Shown one piece after another: positions 1 to 9,000 of a DNA stretch of 64,000 nt. Within the stretch, counting starts at the first letter, position 1. Each line of letters starts with the position of its first letter. Both the position numbers and the translations under genes were made by a program. Source of the DNA: Cyanophora paradoxa CCMP329 (lineage: Eukaryota > Plantae > Glaucophyta); NCBI GenBank assembly GCA_004431415.1, contig QPMI01000210.1:85173-149172 (forward strand), in the 5' to 3' direction. The notes beneath the pieces are model-generated. The model did no database searches. It was not told the origin of the DNA and saw only the letters and a list, made by a program, of their open reading frames with translations.

Positions 1-654
1 CTGCACTGCGAGGAAGGACCACTTGAGGCCGAACTTGCCCTCGGGGATGGCGTAGGCGGTGTCGATTTTAACGAGGGCCGCCACCAGGTCTCCGGTGCCG
101 ATGGTGGCGCGCTCGGTGATGAGGTAGTTGGACATGTCGACGACTGGGATCGTCTTGCGCTTGCCCGCCATCGTCTGCGTGCGGATGCGCATGTTGAGGT
201 ACTTGTAGAAGGCCTGGCCCGACTCCTTGTCGACCTTGATGCGCACGCTGGGCGTCTGCAGCACCGAGATCTGATCCTTGGAGAGGGCGCGCCCGGGCGA
301 GACCTTGAGCTTGGCCTGGTTCTGCTGCACGAACTCGCAGAATTTCGCGTCCAGGGCCTCCAGCAGCTTGAGGAACTCGTCCGCGGCTGGGTTCGTCTGG
401 CCGTCGACGGCGCTGAGATCGGTGAGGTCCAGCGTGTAAAATCCGCCGTTTTCTTCCATGACGAAGGCCTTCTTCTCGTCGCTCCAAGCCTTGCCTTGCT
501 CGGTGTTGATGCAGGGGTTGATGGTGACCATGGGCGGCGCGTACATCATGAGGCCCTGCAGGCCGTCGTACTTGGCCTTGATGCGGCCGTTGGCATCGAT
601 TTCGAAGGCGAGCTTGGCGGGGTCGATCTCGGTGGCGCTGCGGACGGTGGCCAT
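1..654 (-). CDS. Viral-type single-stranded DNA-binding protein (DUF2738 / T7 gp2.5-like OB fold), 3' truncated by the window
   Basis: Missed by the ORF track because it runs off the edge. Manual translation from ATG 654 gives 218 open codons: MATVRSATEIDPAKLAFE...GFYTLDL...DEFLKLLEALDAKFCEFV...YLNMRI...IPVVD...IGTGDLVAALVKIDTAYAIPEGKFGLKWSFLAVQ. The F-x-x-L-x-x-L-D helix and C-terminal KFG-x-x-W strand resemble NCLDV DUF2738 SSBs (recognised from memory). Confidence 0.65.
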   Translation of the reverse strand, partial: MATVRSATEIDPAKLAFEIDANGRIKAKYDGLQGLMMYAPPMVTINPCINTEQGKAWSDEKKAFVMEENGGFYTLDLTDLSAVDGQTNPAADEFLKLLEALDAKFCEFVQQNQAKLKVSPGRALSKDQISVLQTPSVRIKVDKESGQAFYKYLNMRIRTQTMAGKRKTIPVVDMSNYLITERATIGTGDLVAALVKIDTAYAIPEGKFGLKWSFLAVQ

Positions 655-764
655 GGTTGCGTTAGCTTAGAGTGTGCTTCAGCCTAAGGCTAGAAAATAT
701 TTGAGGTCGCCCCGCCCGACTTCAGCTGAGCGCTCAGGTGATTCAGGTAAAACACGTGTTCAAT

Positions 765-1049
765 TCAGCTCACTGGGGAGGGGAGGGCCTCGATCACGGC
801 TACGCGAATATTCGAGAGTCTAAATCTGGCGCTGGGGCTGGCGACGGCGTACAGGGTGATCTCGTTCTTGGCGGGATTGAGCATGATGTGCTGGAAGCAG
901 TCGCCCTTGCGGCACTCCAGCGAGATGTTGCGCAGCAGCCTGCAGTAGTTGAAGCAGATCTCGCCGTTCTCGTCGAGATCCTCGTCCATGGCCTCGTACT
1001 CGAAGATGCCGAAGGTGAGGCAGCAGGTGAAGTACTTGGGGGCGCACAT
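765..1049 (-). CDS. Small Cys-rich hypothetical protein (94 aa) in virus-like element
   Basis: ATG start, normal composition, intronless, preceded by the shared TCACCTGA motif. Confidence 0.55.
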   Translation of the reverse strand: MCAPKYFTCCLTFGIFEYEAMDEDLDENGEICFNYCRLLRNISLECRKGDCFQHIMLNPAKNEITLYAVASPSARFRLSNIRVAVIEALPSPVS

Positions 1050-1180
1050 TCTCTCGTTTGCTTGCTGATAAAGTGTGAGGAAACGAGGCCCCGCGCACCC
1101 TCTTAAGGCCCCGCGTCAGGTGAGCTTCAGACAAAGCCAGAAAACACGTGTTCAATTTCAGAGGGGCTACACTGTCAATT

Positions 1181-1663
1181 TCAGCACGGCTGCGGGATCT
1201 TGGCCTCGAGATCAAAGGTAATCGACCTATCGTCTATGCTAAAGGGATAATCGCACTGCTGGTGCAGCTGGTCGCGCTTGACGACCATCGAGCCCATCGC
1301 CCTGCGCGTCACCCAGATGTCGCACTCGTCGTGCTTGCCGAAGAAGGTGTAGGCAAGGGCGCGGCCCGAGGGCGAGATCGCCGCCCAGAACGCGGCCCAC
1401 TCCGGCACGACGACGGTGTCGGAATTCAGGCGCCCCGCGGCGAAGGTGATGATGCCGGCCGTGTGCCCAACGTGGGTCTTGATGCAGGAGATGAGGGTGA
1501 AGGAGAGGCCATCGTCGGCGAGCTTCATGAGGAGGGTCTTGCCGGGGCAGTCCCTGCAGTCGTAAACTACGCCGTGCTTGAGAACTTCCACCTCGCGTTC
1601 GATGGGCTCGCCGATCACGCGCACGGTGTATTCCTCGACGTTGAACTGGGCGACAAGGGCCAT
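1181..1663 (-). CDS. Hypothetical protein (160 aa, CxxC) in virus-like element
   Basis: ATG start, protein-like composition, intronless; TATA-like TTTATAAG and a TCA(C/G)CTGA cluster upstream. Confidence 0.6.
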   Translation of the reverse strand: MALVAQFNVEEYTVRVIGEPIEREVEVLKHGVVYDCRDCPGKTLLMKLADDGLSFTLISCIKTHVGHTAGIITFAAGRLNSDTVVVPEWAAFWAAISPSGRALAYTFFGKHDECDIWVTRRAMGSMVVKRDQLHQQCDYPFSIDDRSITFDLEAKIPQPC

Positions 1664-1737
1664 GTTGCCTGCTGGTTGCGTTGAGAGAGATTGAGAGTGT
1701 GAGGGGAACGCCGCGTGCCGCGCGCTTATAAAGGCCG

Positions 1738-1793
1738 TTCAGGTGAGCGCTCAGCTGAGGGTCAGGTGAGCGCTCAGCTGACGTTCAGGTGAG
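1738..1793 (-). promoter_or_regulatory. Cluster of five TCAGGTGA/TCAGCTGA (E-box-like) motifs; also at 721-741 and 1116-1123
   Basis: The same octamer lies upstream of all three minus-strand ORFs. Confidence 0.5.
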
Positions 1794-1810
1794 GGCAACT
1801 TGAAAATTCG

Positions 1811-1862
1811 GCGTCATTTACGTCCGCGTCATTTACGTCAGCGTCATTTACGTCACGGAGTT
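1811..1862. repeat. 3x 15-bp GCGTCATTTACGTC(C/A) array, copy 1
   Basis: Identical to 2642-2693. Confidence 0.9.
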
Positions 1863-1949
1863 GGGACTCGGCCCTGGCCCCGGGCCCAGGCCTCGCCCGT
1901 AAAAAAAAGGACTTGGACTTGGCGCCATTTTCTAAAGCTCTGCTGTACC

Positions 1950-2333
1950 ATGGAGCCCGCTATCTCCCAGCTAGTCTCTCAGGGCGCCAAGCTCGACAAG
2001 GCCCTGAACATCTACCTTCAGCTGATCGAGCTGGCCTGGCCCGAGCCAATGATAGCTCAGGCCTGCAAATCGCTCCACGTGGCGTTCGATGCGCCGTTCT
2101 CAGGTGACCCGGATCAGGTGACATCCTGGACCAAGGAGGAGATAAAGGCCGACTTCGAGGCGCTTTTCTCATTTATGAGCAAGAAGTATGCCGAAATCGA
2201 AGCAGCTAAGGCCTCAGCAGCCGAAGGCGGTGAAGCCCCAGCCGAAGGCCCTGCCGGCGACGAAGGCACCGAAGTTCAAGGCGCTGGGCCCTCTGCAGAG
2301 GGCGAAGGCCAAGGCAGACCTGCGTCCGCGTAG
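1950..2333 (+). CDS. Hypothetical helical protein with acidic tail (127 aa)
   Basis: ATG at 1950 (MEPAISQLVSQGAKLDKALNIYLQLIELAW...), intronless. Confidence 0.55.
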   Translation: MEPAISQLVSQGAKLDKALNIYLQLIELAWPEPMIAQACKSLHVAFDAPFSGDPDQVTSWTKEEIKADFEALFSFMSKKYAEIEAAKASAAEGGEAPAEGPAGDEGTEVQGAGPSAEGEGQGRPASA

Positions 2334-2595
2334 CCCCAAGGAGATAGCCAAGGAGGCCAGCAGCCACAGGCCCGACTGGCCGGCGCCGGCGCCCTACCGC
2401 TACCTCAAGCTGGACAAGAGCAACGATACGGGCTTCACCAGGAGGAGGTGGCCTGAGCCCCTCAGGTGGCTGGAGCCAAGGGAGATCAAGTCCGGAGGCG
2501 GTATCGAGCTAGCGCTAGCGCTGGGCGGCGGCGGTGCAGACTTGGAAGAGCAGGCCCTGCTAGATACCATCAACTTGGGCCAGGTAGAGCTGTGA
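2188..2595 (+). CDS. Hypothetical protein with Lys/Pro-rich basic N-terminus (135 aa), overlapping the previous ORF
   Basis: ATG start; protein-like C-terminal half (PAPYRYLKLDK...LEEQALLDTINLGQVEL). Confidence 0.4.
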   Translation: MPKSKQLRPQQPKAVKPQPKALPATKAPKFKALGPLQRAKAKADLRPRSPKEIAKEASSHRPDWPAPAPYRYLKLDKSNDTGFTRRRWPEPLRWLEPREIKSGGGIELALALGGGGADLEEQALLDTINLGQVEL

Positions 2596-2641
2596 TATCT
2601 AGCTAGCGCTAGCGCTTGCTGAATTAATTAACCGAAGGGTC

Positions 2642-2693
2642 GCGTCATTTACGTCCGCGTCATTTACGTCAGCGTCATTTACGTCACGGAGTT
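2642..2693. repeat. 3x 15-bp GCGTCATTTACGTC(C/A) array, copy 2
   Basis: Identical to 1811-1862; downstream flanks also related (ggactcggg...gggcc...A-run...gacttgga). Confidence 0.9.
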
Positions 2694-2764
2694 TGCCGGC
2701 GACTCGGGACCTGGGCCAGGGCCCGAGAAAAAAAATTCGAGACTTGGAAAAATAGGGTATCCCT

Positions 2765-2911
2765 AATACCGCTAGTACCAGTTAGTACCAGTAGCTACTA
2801 GTACCGCTAGTACTACGTAGTACTACTTAGTACTACTACTGTACTACTTAGTACTACTACTGTACTACTTAGTACTACTTGCTCAGTACTACTAGCTACC
2901 GGTACTGGTAC
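2765..2911. repeat. AGTACT/TAC microsatellite including ~2.8 copies of 21-bp TACTACTTAGTACTACTACTG (2821-2880)
   Basis: Directly visible. Confidence 0.85.
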
Positions 2912-3936
2912 ACCTTTTTGGCAGGAGTCGTTGTCCATGGAGCGCATGCCGGGGCGCCGCCGCCTTGAGCTTCGGCCTCCGCCCTCCTGGGCCTCTGGCC
3001 CCCCGGCCCCCGGCCCGCGGCAGCCGTCGCCCCGGCCCCCATCCGGATCGCGGGGCGGGATGCCATGATGCCTATAGACCCGGGGCGGGATGCCTCATGA
3101 TCACCGAGTCAGCTGCGCACGCCCGTGCGCTCGACAGCGTTAGCGCTAGCGCTAGCGCAATACAGCGCTCGCCCGCCGCCCAGTCGCTCGAAGCGCTAGC
3201 GCATCTAGCGCTGCGCTAGCGCTTGCGCATGCATGCAATTGTCCCCGCGCCGGCTCGAGCTTGACTCAGTGAGCTTGAGTGCCGTCACGGCTTGATATTT
3301 CCTCTACCCCCACTTCGGGCTTCACCTCCCTACCCCTGCGTCCAACTTTTCAAACTTTCTCTGCGCATTCCTCCCGGGCATGGTGCAGATGGCGATCACA
3401 CCATCATGCGTGCCATTGATGGTGTGATGGCGCGCGCAGGGCATCTACGTTCGTCAGCCTCGGAGCTGCGTCCCGCGCCTGCGGATTCGCTGTCTCGAGA
3501 ACAAGCCTCAGCTCAGCACCTCGGCGAAGAAGGCCCTGCGGTGCACGGAGGACGCGTGCAGGGGCGCGATGATGCTGCTCGCTTCGGGGCAGCAGGCTCG
3601 TGCTGCGGCGCTTCTGCGGGTTCGTGGAGAAAGAGTTTTAAATTCCAACCCGCCCGCTGCGCCGATCAAATCGGGCTCGCATTGACTTTCGCGGCGTCGC
3701 GCAGCGCGCGCTAGGCTTGGGCGCGGACGAGGCCGCTTCTGCCGTGAACCGGCTTGGTGAGCAGCTCAGCGGCCTGATCGTCGGCGGACACGGCCAACGC
3801 GCCTGATCATCTCTCATGATCACCTTTCAGCTCATTTCCTTGCTCTTTGTACTTCACACGTCAAGCTAGGCCGTTTGTATAAAATGTACAGTTGAATATC
3901 TGCCTTCGAACGTAGCTTCGGCGGGCAGCTGCAGCC

Positions 3937-5630
3937 TCAGCGGACGGGCCGCACGGCGACTGCGGCGTCGCCCCAGGCGGCGAGGGCTGCGCGCAGCGAG
4001 GCCTCGGGGAGGCCCGGGCGGGCGTGGGCGACCAGCGCCGGCCGGGGGCGGCGCTCGGCGAGGCGCGCGAGGGCGGCGTAGGGCTCCGGGCCGGCGAAGA
4101 TGTGGTCCACCTCGACGCGCTCCAGGGGCCCCGCCACCGAGGCGAGGCCCGCCGCCTCCTCCACGCTCAGCGCCCGCTCGCAGGCGGAAAAGAAGCGGCG
4201 GAGGGCGCGCGCGCCGGCGGCGATGAGGCGGGCGGCGGCGGGGGCGGGGCCGGCTCGCGGCCGGGCCGGCAGACGAGCTCGAGGTCGAGGACGGCGAGCC
4301 GGGGGAAGGAGCCCTCGAGGAGGGCGGCGGCCGCCTCGGCGAGGGCGGGGCCGGCGAGCAGGCGGAGGGCGAGGCGGCGCAGCGGCAGCGGGGCCAGGCA
4401 CGCCACCCGCCCCGCCGAGCCCTCGTCCAGCTGCGGCCCGCTCTTTAGGGGCGGGGGCGGGGGGGCGGGGGGTACGGCGCACGCAGAGGTCGAGTGCCTC
4501 GAGGGAGGAGAAGCGGGGCAGGGAGGGGAGGACGTCGGGGGGCAGGGGCGGCGAGGGCGCCTCGTCGAAGCCGCGGAGGGCGAGGGAGAGGAGGCGCGGG
4601 GCGGCGGGGCCGGCGGCGAGGGCGGAGAGCCCCTCGAGGGGCTCGGCGCTGGGGCCGCCCGGGCGGAGGGAGAGGTGGAGGGAGAGGCGGAGCTCCTGGA
4701 GGCGGGGGAAGCGGGCCACGGCCGCCACGGAGGCCGGCGAGGCGGCGGGGAGGGCCAGCGCGGAGAGGGAGGGGAGGGCGGCGGCGAGGGCGGCGACGGC
4801 CTCGGGCGGGGTGCAGAGCTGGCTGGGGGCGAGGGCGAGCTCGCGGAGGGCGGGGAGGCGGGCGAGGAGGGCGGCGAGGGCGTCCCCGGGCAGCAGGCAG
4901 GCCGCGGAGGCGAGGGGCCCCAGGAGGGCGAGGGAGCGCAGGCGCGGCGCCCGCTCTAGGGCGGCGACGAGGGCGGCGGCGAGGGCGCCGAGGGAGGGCA
5001 GGCGGGGGCGGAGGGCGTCGGGGTCGAGGCCGGCGTCGCGCTGCAGGTCCTCGTGCGGCCAGACGCCCCCGAAGGCGCCCAGCTCCGCCCCCTCCAGGTG
5101 CCCCGCGAGGCCCGCGAGGAGCAGGCACCCCCCCGCGCCCGCCCTCACCACCGCCGCCCGCCTGCACTCGCCGAGAGCGAACTCGTCACGGGCTGTTCGA
5201 CCCTAGCTGTGGGATCGCGCGCCCTAGCTCATCGTCACGTACCGTGCGCGCCGCGCGGCGTCGCTACCGCTGCTGTAAAAGCTGTCGCAGGCGAGCACGA
5301 GGGAGACACGCCGCACGCCGAGCAGCGCGCCAATCTCCACGCGCTGCCCGCGCCGCGGCGATCAGGCGCAACGCATTAGGCGTCCGCAAAGCGCACCGTC
5401 AGCCACGATCGTACGCAAGCCTCGAAGAACGCAGGCTCGCCAGGGTGGGCGCCGATGCTGGCCGGGAGGCGCAGCTCAGGGAATACGACGGTCCGCACCG
5501 CCGCGCAGAAGCGCCTGCTGACGAGCGCAAGCTTGCCGGTTTCGAAGGCGTCGTGCAGGGAGAGTCGGCCCAAAATCTCGACCAGGAGAGCGTCGGGCAG
5601 CCGATCGAGCGGCGATGTCGGCGCCAGTTT
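3937..5630 (-). CDS. F-box/LRR protein (spliced; start codon not identified)
   Basis: F-box PLDRLPDALLVEILGRLS...LALVSRRF at ~5510-5610, followed by LxxLxL repeats (LRSLALL, LRELAL, LQELRLSL, LEALDL). Confidence 0.6.
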
Positions 5631-6069
5631 GCGGCGCGACGAGCTACGATATCGATCGCTTGTGCGGCGCCGGCGCCCGCTCGCCGGACTGCGCTACAGC
5701 TTGTACATATGCATGTACGTGTAGTTTTTCGCCGTCGACGTCCTTGTCCGATACCCCCCATAGCCAGCGAACGAAGGGCTTCTCCCCCGGCCCTGGACTC
5801 CAGCCAGGCTTAAAAAAGCTTGGATCAAATTGGACTGTCAAATTCGCCAGTGAGCTCGAGCCGGCAGTGTCGCGCGCGGCGCAAAATCGCACTGCCGGTT
5901 TTATGGACCGACATCCTACAGGCTTGCTTCAGAGGCCCAACGGAGGCCAAGAATCGGTCAATCGAAGGGCCCATGGCCATGACCAGCGGAGGCCAAGCCC
6001 GTCACAGCTCCCGGGCCAGGCCGGGACGTCGACGATTGAGAAAAGAAAGGCCGCGCCCATAGCTAGGGA

Positions 6070-9000
6070 TCACCCCGACTTGGCGCGGCGGCGCTTGGTG
6101 GGGGCGGCCCCGCCGGCGGGGGCCTCCCCGCCGGGCTCCTCGCTGGCGCCCTCGGGGGCGGCCGGCCGCTTGCCGTTGCCCTCGCGCCGCTGCTTCGTGC
6201 CGCTCTTCTCGCGGCGCCTGCGGGAGGGCTCCTCCCCCGCCTCGGGCTCGCGCTCCTCGGGGGCCGAGGCCGGGGGCGGCGTCTCCTCCGAGGGCGGCAC
6301 GTCGAAGTGCACCCGCTTCGCCGTCCCCTGCGCCCGCCCCCCGCCCCCTCCTTCTCCTCCTCCTCGTCCTGCGCGGCGACCCGCACGCCGACGACCGCCC
6401 GCACGACCGAGGCCGCCCCGCCGGCCACGGCGCTCGCCGCCGCCACGATCGCCGCCTGTGCCGCCGCCGCCCCGCCGGGAGTCCCGCCCGCCTCGCGCTC
6501 CCCGGCGCGCTTGTGCCGGGCGCTCCCGGGCGAGCTGGCGGCGGGGGATGGGCGGGCGGCCGAGGAGGCCGAGGGGGAGCCGCGGCTGGAGCCCCCGATC
6601 GAGAGCACGAACTGCGGCGTCGTCGGCGGCGCTGAAGCGGCGCGCAGGCCAGGGCGGGGCGGGGCGGACGCTGTCCCAGGAGAAGGCGCGGGCGTCGCCC
6701 CCGAAGGCGGCCCGGTCCTCCCGCTCGTGGACCACCACGAGGTCCGCCCCGGCCACCTCCTCGGCGGCGCTCAGCAGCCGCCCGCCCCCGAACTGCCCGC
6801 GCGTCACACCGGGGCGGGGCGCGGGAGAGGGGGGAGGGAGGGGGCAGGGCGCACGTCCTGGACGAGGACGCGGAGGGTGCGCCACTTATCGCGGTGCTGC
6901 TCGCGGAAGCGCTGCGTCGCCGCCACCCGCTTCCCCTTCAGGGCCGACTCCTGCGGCGCCTCCCCGTACCGCGTCTCCTCCAGGAAGCTGCGGGGCGCTG
7001 AGGGGCGGCAGGGGCGCCGGCTCGAGGCGGGCGCACCGGCCGGCGCGGTGCGAGGCCTCGAGCCACTCGACGGGGAGGAGCCAGCGGCCCGTGAGCACCC
7101 CCGCGAGCGTCTTCACTGCGCGCGCCAGCGCGCCTCGAGGCCGGCGGGAGGAGGCAGGGGCGGCGGGGCCGGCGGGCGGGGCGCGGCGCACGCGTGCGGG
7201 CGCCCGGCGGGGCGACGAAGTGCGTGGCGCGCTCGTCGATGGTCTGCCCGCTCGTCTCCGCGGCGACCTGCGCCGCCATCGGGCGGCCGCTGGGGAAAGG
7301 AGCGGGAAGGGTGCGGACCTCGCCGCCGAGGTCCCGGACCATGCGCTGGAGGCGCGCCTTGGCCTCCGCGGGGAGACCCCGCCCTCCCCTTCATCCCCGT
7401 CACCAGCACCACTGCCCGCCCCGTCAGCGCCCCGGCGTTCGGCGAAGGGCGGCGGCGCGGCGCACCCGGGACCCGCCCGCGCGAGCGGCGGAAGCTGCTG
7501 GCGGCGGCGGCGGCCGACTCGGCCGCAGACGCCGGGCTCGCGCGCAGGCCTGCCACCGGGTGCCCGAGCCGCCGGCCGCGCTGCCCCGCCCGCCCCCCGC
7601 CGCCCGCGGGGCGCGCCTCGGGGCCCCCTCCGCATCGCCCTCCGCCCCCTCCGCCTCGTCGGAGGGGCCTCCCTCCTCCGCGCCCTCGCCCTCGCCCTCG
7701 CCCTCGTTCTCGCCGTCGCCCTCCTCGTCGGCGTCGGCGGCGTGCGCGTCGGAGCGCCGCATAGAGCGCCGGTCGATCTCCAGCACCTCCGGTGCCGCCC
7801 CCGGCCGCACGGGCGTCCGCGTGCCCTCCACGGACCCCTCCGCGCCACCCTTCTTCGCCGCCGCCGCAGCTGCGAGGCGCGCGCGGGTCTCCGCCGCCTC
7901 TGCCTCCGCCTTCGCAACGGCGGCCTCGAGGAGAGTCACCTGCGGCCCGTCAGCGCACCAGCCGCGCGCTGCGGAGGGGCGGCACGGCGCGCCTGCTCGG
8001 CCGCCGCCGTCCGTGCCGCCTGTGCCTCGGCGAGCGCGGCGATGCGGGCGGCGTCGGCCTCGGCGGCGACTGCGGCCGAGCGCTGCGCCTCGGCCTGCGC
8101 GAGGAGGAGCGCCTCGGCCGCCTGCCCCGCCGCCGCCTCCGCGAGCCGCGCCTCCTCCCGCGCCCTCGACGCCGCTCCTCCGCCTCCTCGCCCGCCGCCG
8201 CAGCTCCCCGCGCTCCTCCCCCGCCGCCGCCGCCGCCGTTGCCGCCTCCTCCTCGGCCCTCGCGGCCCGCTGCTCGGCCTCCCGCAGGCGCCCCTCCAGC
8301 TCCTCCACGCGGGCCGCCGCCTCTCTCGCGCGCGCCTCCGCCGCCTCCGCCTCCGCCGCCCGCCGCTCGGCCGCCGCCAGCGCCTCCGCCTGCGCCGCCT
8401 CGCGCTCCCGGGCCTCCTGCAGCGCCGCCTCCGCCGCCGCGCGCAGGGCCTCCGCCTCCTCCGCCGACAGCCGTGCAATGTCCGCCGCCTCCTCTGCCGC
8501 TGTAGCGCGCCCGTCCGCCTCGCGCGCCGCCCGCTCCGCATCCTCCAGCGCGGCCTCAGCGGCCGCGGCGCGCTCGGCGGCCGCGGTGCTGGCCGCCTCG
8601 GCCTCCTCCGCGGCGAGGCGGGCCGACTCCAGCGCCGCAGCGAGCGCCCCGAGGCGCGCCTGGGCGTCCAGCAGGGCTCCCTCCGCGTCCAGAGCGCGCT
8701 CCTCGGCGGCGGCCTGCGCGGCCTCCGCCTGGGCGCGCCCGGCGGCGGCGGCTTCGGCACGCGCCTCGGCCTCCGCCAGCGCCTCCTGCGCGAGCTCCTT
8801 CCCGGCCGCGAGGCCCCGAGGCGCTCCTCCAGCGCCGCCCGCTCCTTCAGCGCCGCCGCCTCCGCCGCCTCCGCCGCGCCTCCGCCTCGGCCGCCCGCCG
8901 CTCGGCCGCCGCCAGCGTCTCCGCCTGCGCCGCCTCGCGCTCCCGGGCCTCCTGCAGCGCCGCCTCCGCCGCCGCGCGCTGGGCCTCCGCCTCCTCCGCA

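Larger units (their letters stand above)
1..2893. mobile_element. Right end of an endogenous DNA-virus-like element (Polinton/PLV- or NCLDV-like); continues left of the window
   Basis: Five compact intronless ORFs, unlike the intron-rich host genes; viral-type SSB; shared upstream motifs; ends in an (AGT/ACT)-rich microsatellite. No capsid, polymerase or integrase gene lies in the window, so the class is unresolved. Confidence 0.6.

Noticed and set aside
1811-2880. Short repeat arrays as CRISPR or telomere
   Set aside because: No unique spacers, no cas genes, eukaryotic context; not a TTAGGG-type repeat
2940-3830. Low-complexity GATGCCATGATG / GCTAGC region resembling 43310-43500
   Set aside because: Similarity is short and compositional; no TIR or TSD could be defined
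8100-8900. Apparent frameshifts in the coiled-coil gene (also near homopolymer runs elsewhere)
   Set aside because: Cannot be told apart from long-read indel errors in GC repeats; not called as pseudogenes
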